A stretch of DNA of 63,389 nt, counting the filler, from Octopus bimaculoides (taxonomy: Eukaryota), in NCBI RefSeq assembly GCF_001194135.2. It is 6 parts of 5 records of this genome, joined end to end, with 100 filler letters (N's around TTAATTAATTAA, not from the genome) between each part and the next. Parts side by side here need not be neighbours in the genome. Positions count along the whole stretch, not along the records: positions 1 to 27,900 come from NC_068987.1; 5 more parts are not named here. The stretch is one strand, 5' to 3'. Positions 14,596 through 26,967 of the stretch are shown in pieces (positions within the stretch are counted from its first letter, which is position 1; the number at the start of each line of letters is the position of its first letter). Below the pieces are notes generated by a model that made no database searches, was not told the DNA's origin, and was given only the letters and a program-made list of their open reading frames with translations. The translations under genes and the position numbers were made by a program.

Positions 14596-15120
14596 AAGAA
14601 AAACCACAAACAGTTGGACATAGAAAGAAATGATGGAAGAAAGAAAAAAGTAGATATCGGTGCGGATATTTTTCATTTTTCCTTAATTTTACAAATGTAT
14701 ATAAGCGAAAGACGATAATATTTTACCTCGAATATGAAAGACTATCTATCAAATACACAATGAAATACATGAACTTGTCGATGCGAATTAAATTTTTTGA
14801 ATCAACAGTACTGGGTTGCTGTTGTGTCTGCAAATAGTAAAGTATTTATGGGCCAAAATAAAGCTTGATGCGAAAATACGCACAGAACATCAGGACCACA
14901 TGTATGTATAATATACACATCTCGAAATATTATATGATCAAATGGATTACTGTTTGCAGAATGAGTAGAGATCAATAATGAGGCTTTGGTATAGTAGTTC
15001 GTGTATGTTCAAAAGAGCATCAATGGTAATATGATGAGAAAAGAACTAATTATCTAAAAGGTTTATGTTCTTCAAGCATATGAAACAAGATGTCCAATGT
15101 TTAAGGTATTGAACAATATC

Positions 15121-15472
15121 TTGTTGCTGTTGGCACTCCGTCGCTTACGACGTCGAGGGTTCCAGTTGATCCCATCAACGGAACAGCCTGCTCGTGAAAT
15201 TAACGTGCAAGTGGCTGAGCACTCCACAGACACGTGTACCCTTAACGTAGTTCTCGGGGATATTCAGCGTGACACAGTGTGACAAGGCTGACCCTTTGAA
15301 TTACAGACACAACAGAAACAGGAAGTAAGAGTAACAGAAAATTGTGGTGATAGAGTACAGCAGGGTTCGCCACCATTCCCTGCCGGAGCCTCACAACGCT
15401 CGGTCTAGGAATCTAAACCGCGATCCTGTGACTTCGAGTCCGCTGCACTAACCACTGGGCCATTGCGCCTCC
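15121..15472 (-). mobile_element. tRNA-derived SINE family C
   Basis: Homologous to 24925-25267; A box and B-box-like GGTTTAGATTCC present; (CAA)n tail. Confidence 0.9.
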
Positions 15473-15698
15473 NNNNNNNNNNNNNNNNNNNNNNNNNNNN
15501 NNNNNNNNNNNNNNNNNNNNNNNNNNNNNNNNNNNNNNNNNNNNNNNNNNNNNNNNNNNNNNNNNNNNNNNNNNNNNNNNNNNNNNNNNNNNNNNNNNNN
15601 NNNNNNNNNNNNNAGCAATTAATCTGAGTTAAAAACTGCTTAAAGTGATGGTCACATTTAATTAGGAATCTTATTCAGATAAAAATTTACCAGTATTG

Positions 15699-15741
<43 letters not shown>

Positions 15742-16099
15742 TATTTCTACTCAAACATGGATGTTATAATATTTATTCTTAAGTTGAGTTAGATATTACC
15801 TCTTGGTATTCCTCTACGCCTGTTGCTCTATAGTAAACATCCAAGACGCCACGCAGAGAGACTGAACCCGGAATCATGTGATTGGGAAGGAAACGTCTTA
15901 CCACACTTCCATGCCGGCATTTGTAAAGATGTAGATTCAGGAAAGAGACTATGTAAATAACGATAAGAATGTTTTATCTGAAAACCAATTTCCTATAATT
16001 GCTCCTATTCTAAAATTTTCCATTCGATCTAAATTTCTTTTTGGTTAATCGCTAGAAGATTCAATAGTAGGGATCTATTTATGACGATGTTTTCTGCAT

Positions 16100-16480
16100 A
16101 CTTTTTAAGTGTGTAGTATATGACAACCATGATACATACTTGTTAACCGATAGGACATTGTTTTGTGAAATTGTTTTTGCCGTTACATTTATAATATAAG
16201 ACCGTTTCAATAGATAGTTTAATCTTCTTAAGTACACGAATAAAGCGATGTGTACCACTGAGAATTTAAAACCGGAAAGGATTGTAAAGTACACTGCATT
16301 GTCAATCATATCGTTTGGAAAATTAGTGATAATATTCACAGGTTTGGAAAAGTCAATCACGAAATGTAAAATTTCTAACGGCCGCTATTGAATATATGTC
16401 ATTATTCTTCTAAAAGAATGCTATTAATTGTGACTTTGATGTTTCGGCTTGTGAAGCCATCGTAGGGCTGTTGTATACAA
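16100..16480 (+). mobile_element. Penelope-like GIY-YIG 3' fragment (very decayed)
   Basis: Across a frameshift reads TALS-NHIVWKISDNI, resembling the T.LS.HIW.LKD motif; followed by a gtttcggc..gccatcgt end motif. Confidence 0.4.
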
Positions 16481-17221
16481 AATTATACAGTAACCTAAGA
16501 GATTAATGTAACATTTTTTTATTATAACTGAACATAAAAACAAGCAGAGATATTGAACAAACTCTTGAGGCGGTTAGGAAATTAATATTTTGAGGTATTT
16601 TATTTTGAAATTATCAGATTATTGAATTTTAATCGTCGATATATATTGCTGAAGTCTATGTTCGTATGCACATATACACATTGGATACAATCAGCATTGT
16701 GATTTGACACCTAATCACAAATCCAACACTACTCATTCATCTAAACGCTATCTATCCTACTCCTCCTATTCATCTTCCAACTGTTTACCTATACATCTAT
16801 CTCTCTTAGTAACGTTATTATTAACCCCTCACTCTTCCTGAACTATATTTTCTCCTCTCACCAATCCCTGACTTAAAAGCCTCCCTCTAACCACGCCGAC
16901 ATTCCTATCTCACCCCTCTAATACAGTCAGCTCTCCACCTGTAATCATTCCATCTTTGAAATTCTCAGCATTAAGATGTGAAATTTAAGATCTTCTCTAC
17001 CCTGATGACAGAGTCGCATCTTATCCAATGTTCATTGTATGTATTATGGAAACATTATAATGAACCATATCTATCAACATTATTAAGGATCTCCGAACCC
17101 CTATAAACAGCTGTTGGACATATAACACCTTTCTGGCCCTTAAATATCCCATGTTATTTGTACTCTGTGTACTTAAAAAATTCATCGGAAAATCTTCACC
17201 TTTTGTCTTCTCTCGTGCTAT

Positions 17222-17335
17222 ATACATACATACATACATACATACATACATACATGCATTTAGGAATTCATGCATGCATGCATGCATACATACATACATA
17301 CATACATACATACATACATACATACATACATACAT
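17222..17335. repeat. (TACA)n microsatellite
   Basis: Read directly. Confidence 0.95.
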
Positions 17336-18062
17336 AATACTTACATACAAGTTTTGTGTTTAATACTCAAACTAATATATTTAATATATTTAATGTATCT
17401 AATTTACTTATCCGCATATATATATACGTATGTATGCATATATACATACCTACATACTCATACAAATACACAGATACATACACACATATATTGAAATACA
17501 TACCCACGCACATACATACGTATATAAATGTATGCGTATGTACATATGCTTGTATATATATAGATATACATACAAGCATTCGTATAGGCATATAAATATT
17601 CACATACGACTGGGTTGGTTAGTGCTTCTGTCGACCAAATTCTACGCACAAACTAATGATAAATGAAGGTTTATAGTCTAACACATTTCCAAAACATATT
17701 GCAACGTGAGATTCGAGCCCATCTCTTCATGATTGCTGAAAGAAATATTTTAAGTGGATCTCTATATCAGTGTCTTTTGTTTGAAATCAATCATCTTATT
17801 TTGGTCTACTCTTACGAGAACCCGATATCATTACTATAATCTAACACAAATATTAACGAAATTACTCATCTTGTGCACAGATAGTAACATGAGAGACATA
17901 GAAAATAAATAAATAAATAGATAAATAAATAAATAAATAAATGAATAAATAAATAAATAAATAAATAAAGATCAAACATTTAAGAATGATAACAACAATC
18001 ACAGCGCCAAACCAGAGCTGTTACAACTATTATGAAGAAAGCAACAGAATAATAAAAAAAAA

Positions 18063-18115
18063 CATTAACAACAACAACAACAAAAACAACGACGATGATC
18101 ATGATGATACTACTT

Positions 18116-18154
<39 letters not shown>

Positions 18155-18171
18155 TTACTACTACTAGTACA

Positions 18172-18203
<32 letters not shown>

Positions 18204-18224
18204 AACAACTACTACTACTACTAT

Positions 18225-18293
<69 letters not shown>

Positions 18294-18370
18294 GACTACA
18301 AATATAAGCAACAACGACAACAACAATAATAATGATAATAATAATGATAATAATGATAATAATAATGATA
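18063..18370. repeat. Compound trinucleotide microsatellite (AAC/GAT/ACT/AAT)
   Basis: Read directly; explains the poly-T/L/S/V ORFs. Confidence 0.97.
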
Positions 18371-20260
18371 GATGACTTTTGTAATATGACCCGTCGTGGC
18401 AATGAACACGATTTTCTATTTTGACGTGACATGATTTTAATTTCCATCTGAACTTGAGAGCAATATGAATGTTTTTTTCTGTATAGTTTTATATATGTTC
18501 CATATTTTGGATACGATTGTTTTTGAGGTTTTATGTATGTGTTAGTATTTTACTGGCTACAGATGTTGTTGTAATTATCTATATATCAGTTCTTCGTTTT
18601 TTCTACGACTTAACGTACAGGCTTGCACGTATATATATAAATATATATTTATTTTATGGTTATCTTATAATAATATGTATTTCTGCCGCGTGTGCTCGTT
18701 TGTATTAGTCTGTATTAGTCTGTGCAATTGTACGGCCCGTGCGATAGTATGGACAGTGCGTGTACGTATTTATGCGTGTATATGTCGATGAATGGAGGAT
18801 ATAATACTTCGTGACAATCGGTTGATTCTGTAAGATTATATAAAAATAAAGATAAACACACATGAATCCTACCACTATTATAATAACCTAAAACTGCCAT
18901 ATCTTCAGCACCGCAATCAGCAGCGGCAGCACCACCACTACCACCGTCGCCGCCGCCACTACTAACAGCACCACAATCAATAACAGTTCAAACAACTCTA
19001 TCAGCACTGCATCTCACAACAGCAATATTAACAACCGCATTACTATCATCAATAATTAAATGTCGATTATACAGTGACTTTAAAAAAAAATGTGTGGAGG
19101 CGTAGAAACAATTATAGAAATGGAAAAAAAGGAAATAACAAAGGGAAGATAAATAGAGACAGAAACATTCACATGTGGTCGAACGCATATATACACGTTC
19201 TGCAAATAACAACGATGACAAAAAATAACACATCTTCAATAACAAACATTGATGAAACGAAATACACAACAAACAAACATGGTTGTCACTAAACATGATA
19301 GGACGAGACGTGCTCCGATCCGGCTGTTTGTTAGTTCAGCCATTTCAACTTCACAGCTGGACGCGGCCAATCGGCCGATGCATCTTCCATTGAGATAACA
19401 TGCAAACGTTTAAGGTTACAAAGAATTCTTTCGTGGTGGTGTTTATATTTTGCGTGATGGTATAAAAATACATACACACATACATGCATTCATACATACG
19501 TATCTCCATACATACATACATACTTGCATACATACATACATACATACAAACATTCATACGTACGCACGTACATATACATTCAAACACACAGCGAATACTT
19601 ATACAAACACAAGTGATTGCTTGCAAGAGAGTATGCGGAAATTAACCCATTTTACTTTCATTTCTCTTTCTGCCCTTATTTTGATTGTATTTTATTTATT
19701 TCTTTAGANNNNNNNNNNNNNNNNNNNNNNNNNNNNNNNNNNNNNNNNNNNNNNNNNNNNNNNNNNNNNNNNNNNNNNNNNNNNNNNNNNNNNNNNNNNN
19801 NNNNNNNNNNNNNNNNNNNNNNNNNNNNNNNNNNNNNNNNNNNNNNNNNNNNNNNNNNNNNNNNNNNNNNNNNNNNNNNNNNNNNNNNNNNNNNNNNNNN
19901 NNNNNNNNNNNNNNNNNNNNNNNNNNNNNNNNNNNNNNNNNNNNNNNNNNNNNNNNNNNNNNNNNNNNNNNNNNNNNNNNNNNNNNNNNNNNNNNNNNNN
20001 NNNNNNNNNNNNNNNNNNNNNNNNNNNNNNNNNNNNNNNNNNNNNNNNNNNNNNNNNNNNNNNNNNNNNNNNNNNNNNNNNNNNNNNNNNNNNNNNNNNN
20101 NNNNNNNNNNNNNNNNNNNNNNNNNNNNNNNNNNNNNNNNNNNNNNNNNNNNNNNNNNNNNNNNNNNNNNNNNNNNNNNNNNNNNNNNNNNNNNNNNNNN
20201 NNNNNNNNNNNNNNNNNNNNNNNNNNNNNNNNNNNNNNNNNNNNNNNNNNNNNNNNNNNN

Positions 20261-20315
<55 letters not shown>

Positions 20316-20381
20316 ATATATATATATATATATTAATAATATTTGATAAGTTTAAAGTTTGTAAGCCATTAAGTCATATTA

Positions 20382-20612
20382 GCACTCGACTGAAAAAAAG
20401 TGGGTTTTCCGTATGCGAGTGAGTCGAACCTCTATATTCTCGCGACAATTGTGCTATCATCTACACTAACATACCCACGAGTGGGTATGTTAGTGTAGAT
20501 GATAGCACGATTGGGTATGTTGATGTAAATGGTAGCAGAGTTGTCGCGAAAACATAGAGGTGTTGGGTTCGAGTCTCATTTATACAAAAATCCCACTTTT
20601 TCCATCGAGTGC
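20382..20612. mobile_element. Fold-back MITE with ~100-bp imperfect arms and an internal perfect inverted duplication
   Basis: Left GCACTCGACTGAAAAAAAGTGGG.. aligns along its length to the revcomp of the right arm; TA next to both ends. Confidence 0.75.
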
Positions 20613-21210
20613 GTATATGCCCCAAAACTGAACCGTTTTCTTAAGTGGATACATGTCCATCGTTTATAAAACTTTGTGATTTTGTTTATAAGATATTGTG
20701 ATCACTTACAAAATTGTAACACTCGGCAAGACTTACCAAATCATCATAGAAAAAGCGCATACTCGCTTGTTTATATATATATATAATACAAAGAATATAT
20801 ATGCATGTATACACGCATATATGTACAAGGTGACACTTGTTTGCTGGTCATGCTTCAAGAATCCTGCGAAAATTCTTGCAGTTCGGGGCAATGGTGATTT
20901 TTGTAGGTGTTCTACGTTCACACTTCCACTGATCTTTTTCATCCATGTTGGTAGTTGAGTGCTGATACTTCCAAGTGAACCAATTACTATTGATATCACG
21001 TGCCAAATGCTACTACGCCTATTATTGCTAACCACCTACACTTTTTCTGCAAAATAGGGGTACTTTATCCTGTTCAGGCTATAATATTAGCATTATCCTG
21101 CGATTGAGAATTTAAACATCACTTCTTTATCTTTCTAAGTCATCTGAAACCTTTTAAAAGCAAACTTCGTTTGTTTGTTTACGTTTATCGTAATTTGAAT
21201 TTAATATTAA

Positions 21211-21268
<58 letters not shown>

Positions 21269-22400
21269 GTTGTTGTTTTTCTTCTTCTTTCTTCACATTT
21301 TCTTCCATTTCTCGCCGAGTGTTTTCCGTACACCTAGGGCAGAGAAGCTCATTGTATGCAATCCCAGTTTACATACGCAAATTCACAGGTAAAATATGTA
21401 TTAAAAATAAATAAATAAATAAATAAATTCATTAATGGATGTTGTTTTCACAGCGGTAATGCACTTCTCAGTACATGAGTCGTTCCAGTTAACACGATTT
21501 GTTACTTCCTCTAGGGATGGTAAGCCTGGTATCATTTTCAAATAGGTTTCAGTAACATTTTTTAAAAATCATTCATAGAGATCCTACAATCACGGGTACG
21601 GTAGTCGCCTTGAGATGCCACATCTTTTCAATTTCTATTGGCAAGTTTTTATATTTATTGATCTTGTCAAATTCTTTCGCCGCTACATTATGATCGCAAG
21701 GAATACTCATGTCAATTAATAAACACATCTCCTTTGTGTGATCTTTTATAATGATATCCGGTTTATTAGCTTTTATAGTTTTGTCGGTATGTACGGTGAA
21801 CTCCCAGAGAATCGACACATTTTCTCCCTCAGTCACAGCTTCAGGATGGTGTTAATACCAATTGTCAGCGGCTTTGATTTTATAATGCCAACATATTGTC
21901 CAGTGTTAATACTGGCCGACACTGTCATGCCTTGCTTTATATTCTACAGGTGCTAAGACTCTACACCCTGAGATTAGGTGGTCTATAGTTTCAATCTCAT
22001 CGTTACAGAATCGGCATTTTGGGTCAGCTCCATTTTTTATCACATTCGCTTTGCAGTTCGGGGTTAATAAGCTTTGGTCTTGAGCAGCTAATATGAAACT
22101 TTCACTCTCTGCTTTTAGACCTTAGCTTCGTAATCATTGATGCGTGTGTTTCTGGTCGACATCAGCTTGTTTGCTACGGGCTACATACTTGCCATGCAGA
22201 GGTTTCTGTTCCCATCTGCTAGCTAATTTTTCATGTACATTTGTCTTTGCCTTTAATTTTATTTTCTTTGCAGCAGCAGTTGGCGCATTTCCTTCAACCT
22301 TATCAATCTGTTGGGTATCTAAGAGATCAGAAGCAATTTTCGAACACAAGGTAATGGCCCACAGGTGATATATATTAGGCTTGGAATACATTGTTTTAAG
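21211..22400 (-). mobile_element. 5'-truncated R4/Dong-like non-LTR retrotransposon (restriction-like endonuclease end)
   Basis: One reading frame with in-frame stops only: KPLHGKY, AESESFILAAQDQSL, CRFC..ETIDHLISGC zinc motif, RHD, NKPDIII..IDMSIP, K..KY. A (TAA)n run at 21211-21270 is taken as the tail or target. Confidence 0.88.
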
Positions 22401-24924
22401 CTTTATTATTGATGTTAAGTCGCTTCAATTTATGCGATTGATACGATCGAAAAACGTGTCGGACTATTATTCTAACTGGAAATAAACAGAAAGTTTGAAT
22501 GTTCAGATTCTTCATTCTCCTCATTTTAATATTGTTCTTTACACTTTAAGTAGACGAGACATAAACTGGAACATCAGATGAGAGCTGAAAGTAGATCACC
22601 AAAAAATGCACCATTAGAAGGAACCAACCTTGGCCTTTTACTCAGAGAGATTCGATATCTACCTGGATATCATATCCATCCTACTTACATATAAGTACTT
22701 ATAAAAATGCAATAGGATCAAATGTCCTTCGCCAGTTTTCCCCGGGTTCAGTGAAATATGTATTCAAGCTGGAAAAATCTCCCTAGGTGACACGTTGGTC
22801 GGTCACATGATTACTCTCTTTTGCCTGCTGAGCTGACTGGAGCAAAGTAAAATGAGATGTTTCGTTCAAGAACGCACACATCAAACCCAACCCACTAACC
22901 GAACCTATAATCCTACGACTGTAACTGTAACACACTAGCCACTAAAGCCACGCCCATACACACATACGCGCGTGTACACTCTCACACACACACACACACA
23001 CATACACATACACACACACCCATACACCCACACACACACACACATACACAAAACAAACGTCCACGCGTAACCCGTCAACCAAATTAACTCACATTTTATT
23101 GACTAAACCGAGGCTATAGTGGAAGTCACGTGCTCCACTAGTCGTTAAGAAGATTGATAAATCGAACGCCACATGGTTCCAAAGCAAAATTGTTAACCAC
23201 ACTGCTGCGGAAGACGTCTAATCTTGTCAAAAATGTATAAGATATCATCCTTACACTGAATATTGGAAGAATTCGTGAGGACGCCAAAAGGAATGAGGTT
23301 TATTTGTTGTTAGTCTCTGTATTTTCCTGAAATTTTAGGCGGGAGAAGATCATATGAAATGTGGAGCGTTCTGATCTCGCACTGAGTCTGAAAGTATATT
23401 CTCGGAGATTTCTGATAATCTGTTGTCAACGAGAATTTGGGGGAAAATTCTACCAACATCGTCAGCAATAATTTTCCTTTCCAGTTTTAAATGTCTTTGT
23501 CATATCAGTTCATATTGTGCACGCGCACACACGCACACGCACACACACACATGCATGCACACACACACATACACACACACACAAACACACATACGAACGC
23601 GCACGCACTATCGCATATTTCTAAAATTTACAAGAAGCCATGAGAAAATATGATAGTTATGCAATAGTTATAGAACGTCTGTGTTTGTATTAAGTAAATT
23701 TTATAAATCAGTAAGTGAGTAATAGACTAAATTCGTATGTTCTGTACAGTTTATAATTTAATAGCTAAACCAATTAATTCTATGTCCCGGCTTCTTTCTG
23801 ATCGCTTGTACACACATTTCATTCACTGTTTTATATCAACTATTAAAATAATAGTGAGATATAATTATATATTTCCATAGAATTTGTGAGTATTATTTTC
23901 TAGAATATGGCGAATGTATTATTTATTAATTGAATCAGCAAAACAAGTATTTTCATATTTTTATTCTGATAACTTTTACATAATTTAAACTAAATTTGTA
24001 ATGTTATTAATAATAGTAATTTTTCTTAACAGGTGCAAGTCACAGATTTGCTAGGTGAGCGATGTCAAGCTAATAACCTTCTCCAACACATGTCTGGTAA
24101 TATTCTACTTTATCCACGAGAGGTGAAACATAAATTCGATCCCACAGAATTTAAAAACAAAAAAATTATTGGCAAACATTGTAATAGCATCTACTATCCA
24201 CCCCATAGTCATACTATTAATGATTTCAAGCACATAAACCACAGTACAAATGCCAAACGTTTTAGCTCATTGCCGAAGACATTTACGGATGAGAAAAGAC
24301 ATATATAAACTTTCCATAGGTAGTAATACACCGGTGAATCGCACATTTTAAGCATAAATTGCTCATACTGTCCTGTATTATTATATTTGTTACTCCATTC
24401 GTTAAAGGCTAATTTGAGTGTTAATACCTTGATTGAATTGCTCTATAGAATATTTACTCTGATATGCTCCATTTTATTCTAATTGTGTGCGTCTTTACTA
24501 AACATCACACAAATTCGCACTCAAATTAACAATTGTGTCAACGAAGACAGAAGCAAAAATCTTCCGCCAATACAACTGCAGTTTCACGTGTATTCTCTGT
24601 TTCCTGTTTTCATATAACAGCAATCGGTATATAATTTCATGCACGCTATGTATTTTCTTTCAGTTATGTTTAAAACTTGATTCTGTACTTTTGAAAAAAT
24701 AATCAGTTCAAACCACAAGGTACTAAAAATTATCAACTTTGAAAGAAGTTTGCTTTTCGTTTCACTAGAATACATTAACTGGTTTTAATAAAAAGAAATC
24801 TAAATATCTACATGCCGTACTTTGGCTATTTTATTGATGTGTCTTTTATGAAATTGGACCTATTTCTACTTACATCCTCACACAAAAATATTTTGTCATA
24901 TGTACGACACTTAATATCATTTTG

Positions 24925-25267
24925 GGTGGAGGCGCAATGGCCCAGTGGTTAGGGCGTTGTGAGTGTTTATTGAGCGAAAAACACCCAAAAGCTCCACGAG
25001 GATCCGGCAGGGGATGGTGGCAAACCCTGCTGTACTCTTTCACCACAACTTTCTCTCACTCTTACTTCCTGTTTCTGTTGTGTCTGTAATTCAAAGGGTC
25101 AGCCTTGTCACACTCTGTCACGCTGAATATCTCCAAGATCTACGTTAAGGTTACACGTGTTTGTGGAGTGCTCAGCCACTTGCACGTTAATTTCACGAGC
25201 AGGCTGTTCCATTGATCGGATCAACTGGAACCCTCGACGTCGTAAGCGACGGAGTGCCAACAACAAC
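24925..25267 (+). mobile_element. tRNA-derived SINE family C with 12-bp TSD
   Basis: A box TGGCCCAGTGG; (CAA)n tail; TSD AATATCATTTTG at 24913-24924 and 25268-25279. The B-box segment is deleted. Confidence 0.9.
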
Positions 25268-25924
25268 AATATCATTTTGAAATCTGTCATGTTTTTATTT
25301 AAAGTGACTTCATCTAAACATTCTTCCTAAGACAGACTCAGTAAGGTAATTCAACTCTTTCAAAATTCTGGATTTCTCCTGAGCTCGTTCTTCTTGCATG
25401 GCGTTTGTATGACAAAATATTATGTTTGAGGGACAGTAGAAAGATGAACTTCATTGGAAAAAAGACGGACAGCATACACTATCAGTGCACCTATTAATAG
25501 CTATATAACAGTAAAAAGACCACTCAGTACAAAATAGAGTGAGTGGAAGCTAAGCTTCACAATCAAATGGTAGGAAATAAAAAGAACAAATATGAGTACA
25601 TAAACACAATCCTGGATTACTCGCACAAACTAAATACCAACACAAGCGTAAAATTCTTGTCACCATAATTAGCCACTAAAATTGTGCCAATCTTTCATCG
25701 GGCAATCTACTCTCAGAGAGAAGTAGAGTCGTTGATGCATATATCAGTACTTAATCGGTACCTCATTTCATCGATTGGTAAAAACAGAACTTTGAGCGAT
25801 TTGAAATTGAAATATCTAAAATAGATTAAATATAGTGACTTTACTAATTATAAATAGTTGCAAATGTAAATTAAGCGATTAGTTGTAATAAAACCAACTT
25901 CATTTAAATGATAATAATAAATAT

Positions 25925-26337
25925 TTTTTTCAACTCTTGGTATAAGGCCCCAAAATTTTTGGAGATGGGCCAGTCACTGAGATCGATCCCAGTACGCAAC
26001 TAGTACTTACTTTATCACCTCGAACGGATGAAAGGCAAGGTCGGACTCAGAACGTAAAGACAGATGAAATACCGCTAAGCAATTCGCCCGGCGTGCTAAC
26101 CTTTCTTATTTCTTTATTGCCCACAAGGGGCTAAACATAGAGGGGACAAACAAGGTTAGACAAGAAGATTAAGTCGATTACATCGACTCCAGTGAGTAAC
26201 TGGTACTTAATGTATTGATCCCGAAAGGATGAAAGGCTAAGTCGACCTCGGCGGAATTTGAGCTCAGAACGTAAAGACAGACGAAATACCAATAGGCATT
26301 TTGTCTGGCATGCTAATGTTTTTGCCAGCTCGCCGCC
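25925..26337 (-). mobile_element. Two adjacent family-A SINEs
   Basis: Revcomp heads GGCGGCGAGCTGGCA..; central domain present; the two copies have different tails. Confidence 0.85.
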
Positions 26338-26388
26338 TAAGTGATAATAAATATTACTGGTATTATTAGTTTGATTATTATCATATAC

Positions 26389-26572
26389 GTTTTCGATCTA
26401 GTTTTGATTCTTTGCCATCAAATTCGAAAATTTGAATTCTTTGCCATCAAATTCGAAAATTTGAATTCTATGCCATCAAATTCGAAAATTTGAATTCTTT
26501 GCAATCAAATTCGAAAATTTGAATTCTTTGCCATCAAATTTGATGTCAAAGAATCCAAACTAGATCGAAAAC
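26389..26572. repeat. 29-bp tandem array (~4.6 units) enclosed by ~35-bp inverted arms
   Basis: Unit TTCTTTGCCATCAAATTCGAAAATTTGAA starts at 26408, 26437, 26466, 26495 and 26524. Arms GTTTTCGATCTAGTTTTGATTCTTTGCCATCAAAT and its revcomp (2 mismatches). Confidence 0.9.
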
Positions 26573-26582
26573 ATCTATATTC

Positions 26583-26967
26583 TTTTATTCTTTTATTTGT
26601 TTCAGTCATTTGACTGCGGCACTGCCTTTAGTCGAACAAATCGACCCAAGGACTTATTCTTTGTAAGCCTAGTACTTATTCTATCGGTAACTGTTGTCGA
26701 ACCGTTAAGTTACGGCGACATAAACACACCAACATCGGTTATCAAGCGTTGGAAGGGGGACAAACATAGACACATACATATATACATATATATATATGCA
26801 TACGAAGGGGTTCTTTCAGTTTCCGCCTTCCAAATCCACTCACAATGCTTTCGTCGACCCGAAGCTATAGTAGAAGAAACTTGTCTAATGTGCCACGCAG
26901 TGGGACTGAAGCCGGAACCATGTGGTTGATAAGAAAGCTACTTACCACAGAGCCACACCTGCGCCTA
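26583..26967 (-). mobile_element. Full-length CORE-like SINE family B with internal microsatellite
   Basis: tRNA-like head (GGTTC...GTCCCACTGCGTGGC), internal (TA/CA)n tract, and 3' block ..GTCGATTTGTTCGACTAAAGGC..AATGACTGAAACAA. Resembles octopus OR-type SINEs. Confidence 0.82.

Noticed and set aside
15400-15472. tRNA gene-like sequence
   Set aside because: It is the head of a SINE, contiguous with SINE body and (CAA)n tail, not a complete cloverleaf tRNA.
17980-18447. Poly-Thr/Ser/Leu/Val mucin-like ORFs
   Set aside because: Translations of a compound trinucleotide microsatellite, with no splice or homology support.
26408-26540. CRISPR-like array of palindromic repeats
   Set aside because: Units are directly adjacent with no variable spacers, there are no cas genes, and the context is eukaryotic. 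Kept only as a minisatellite finding.
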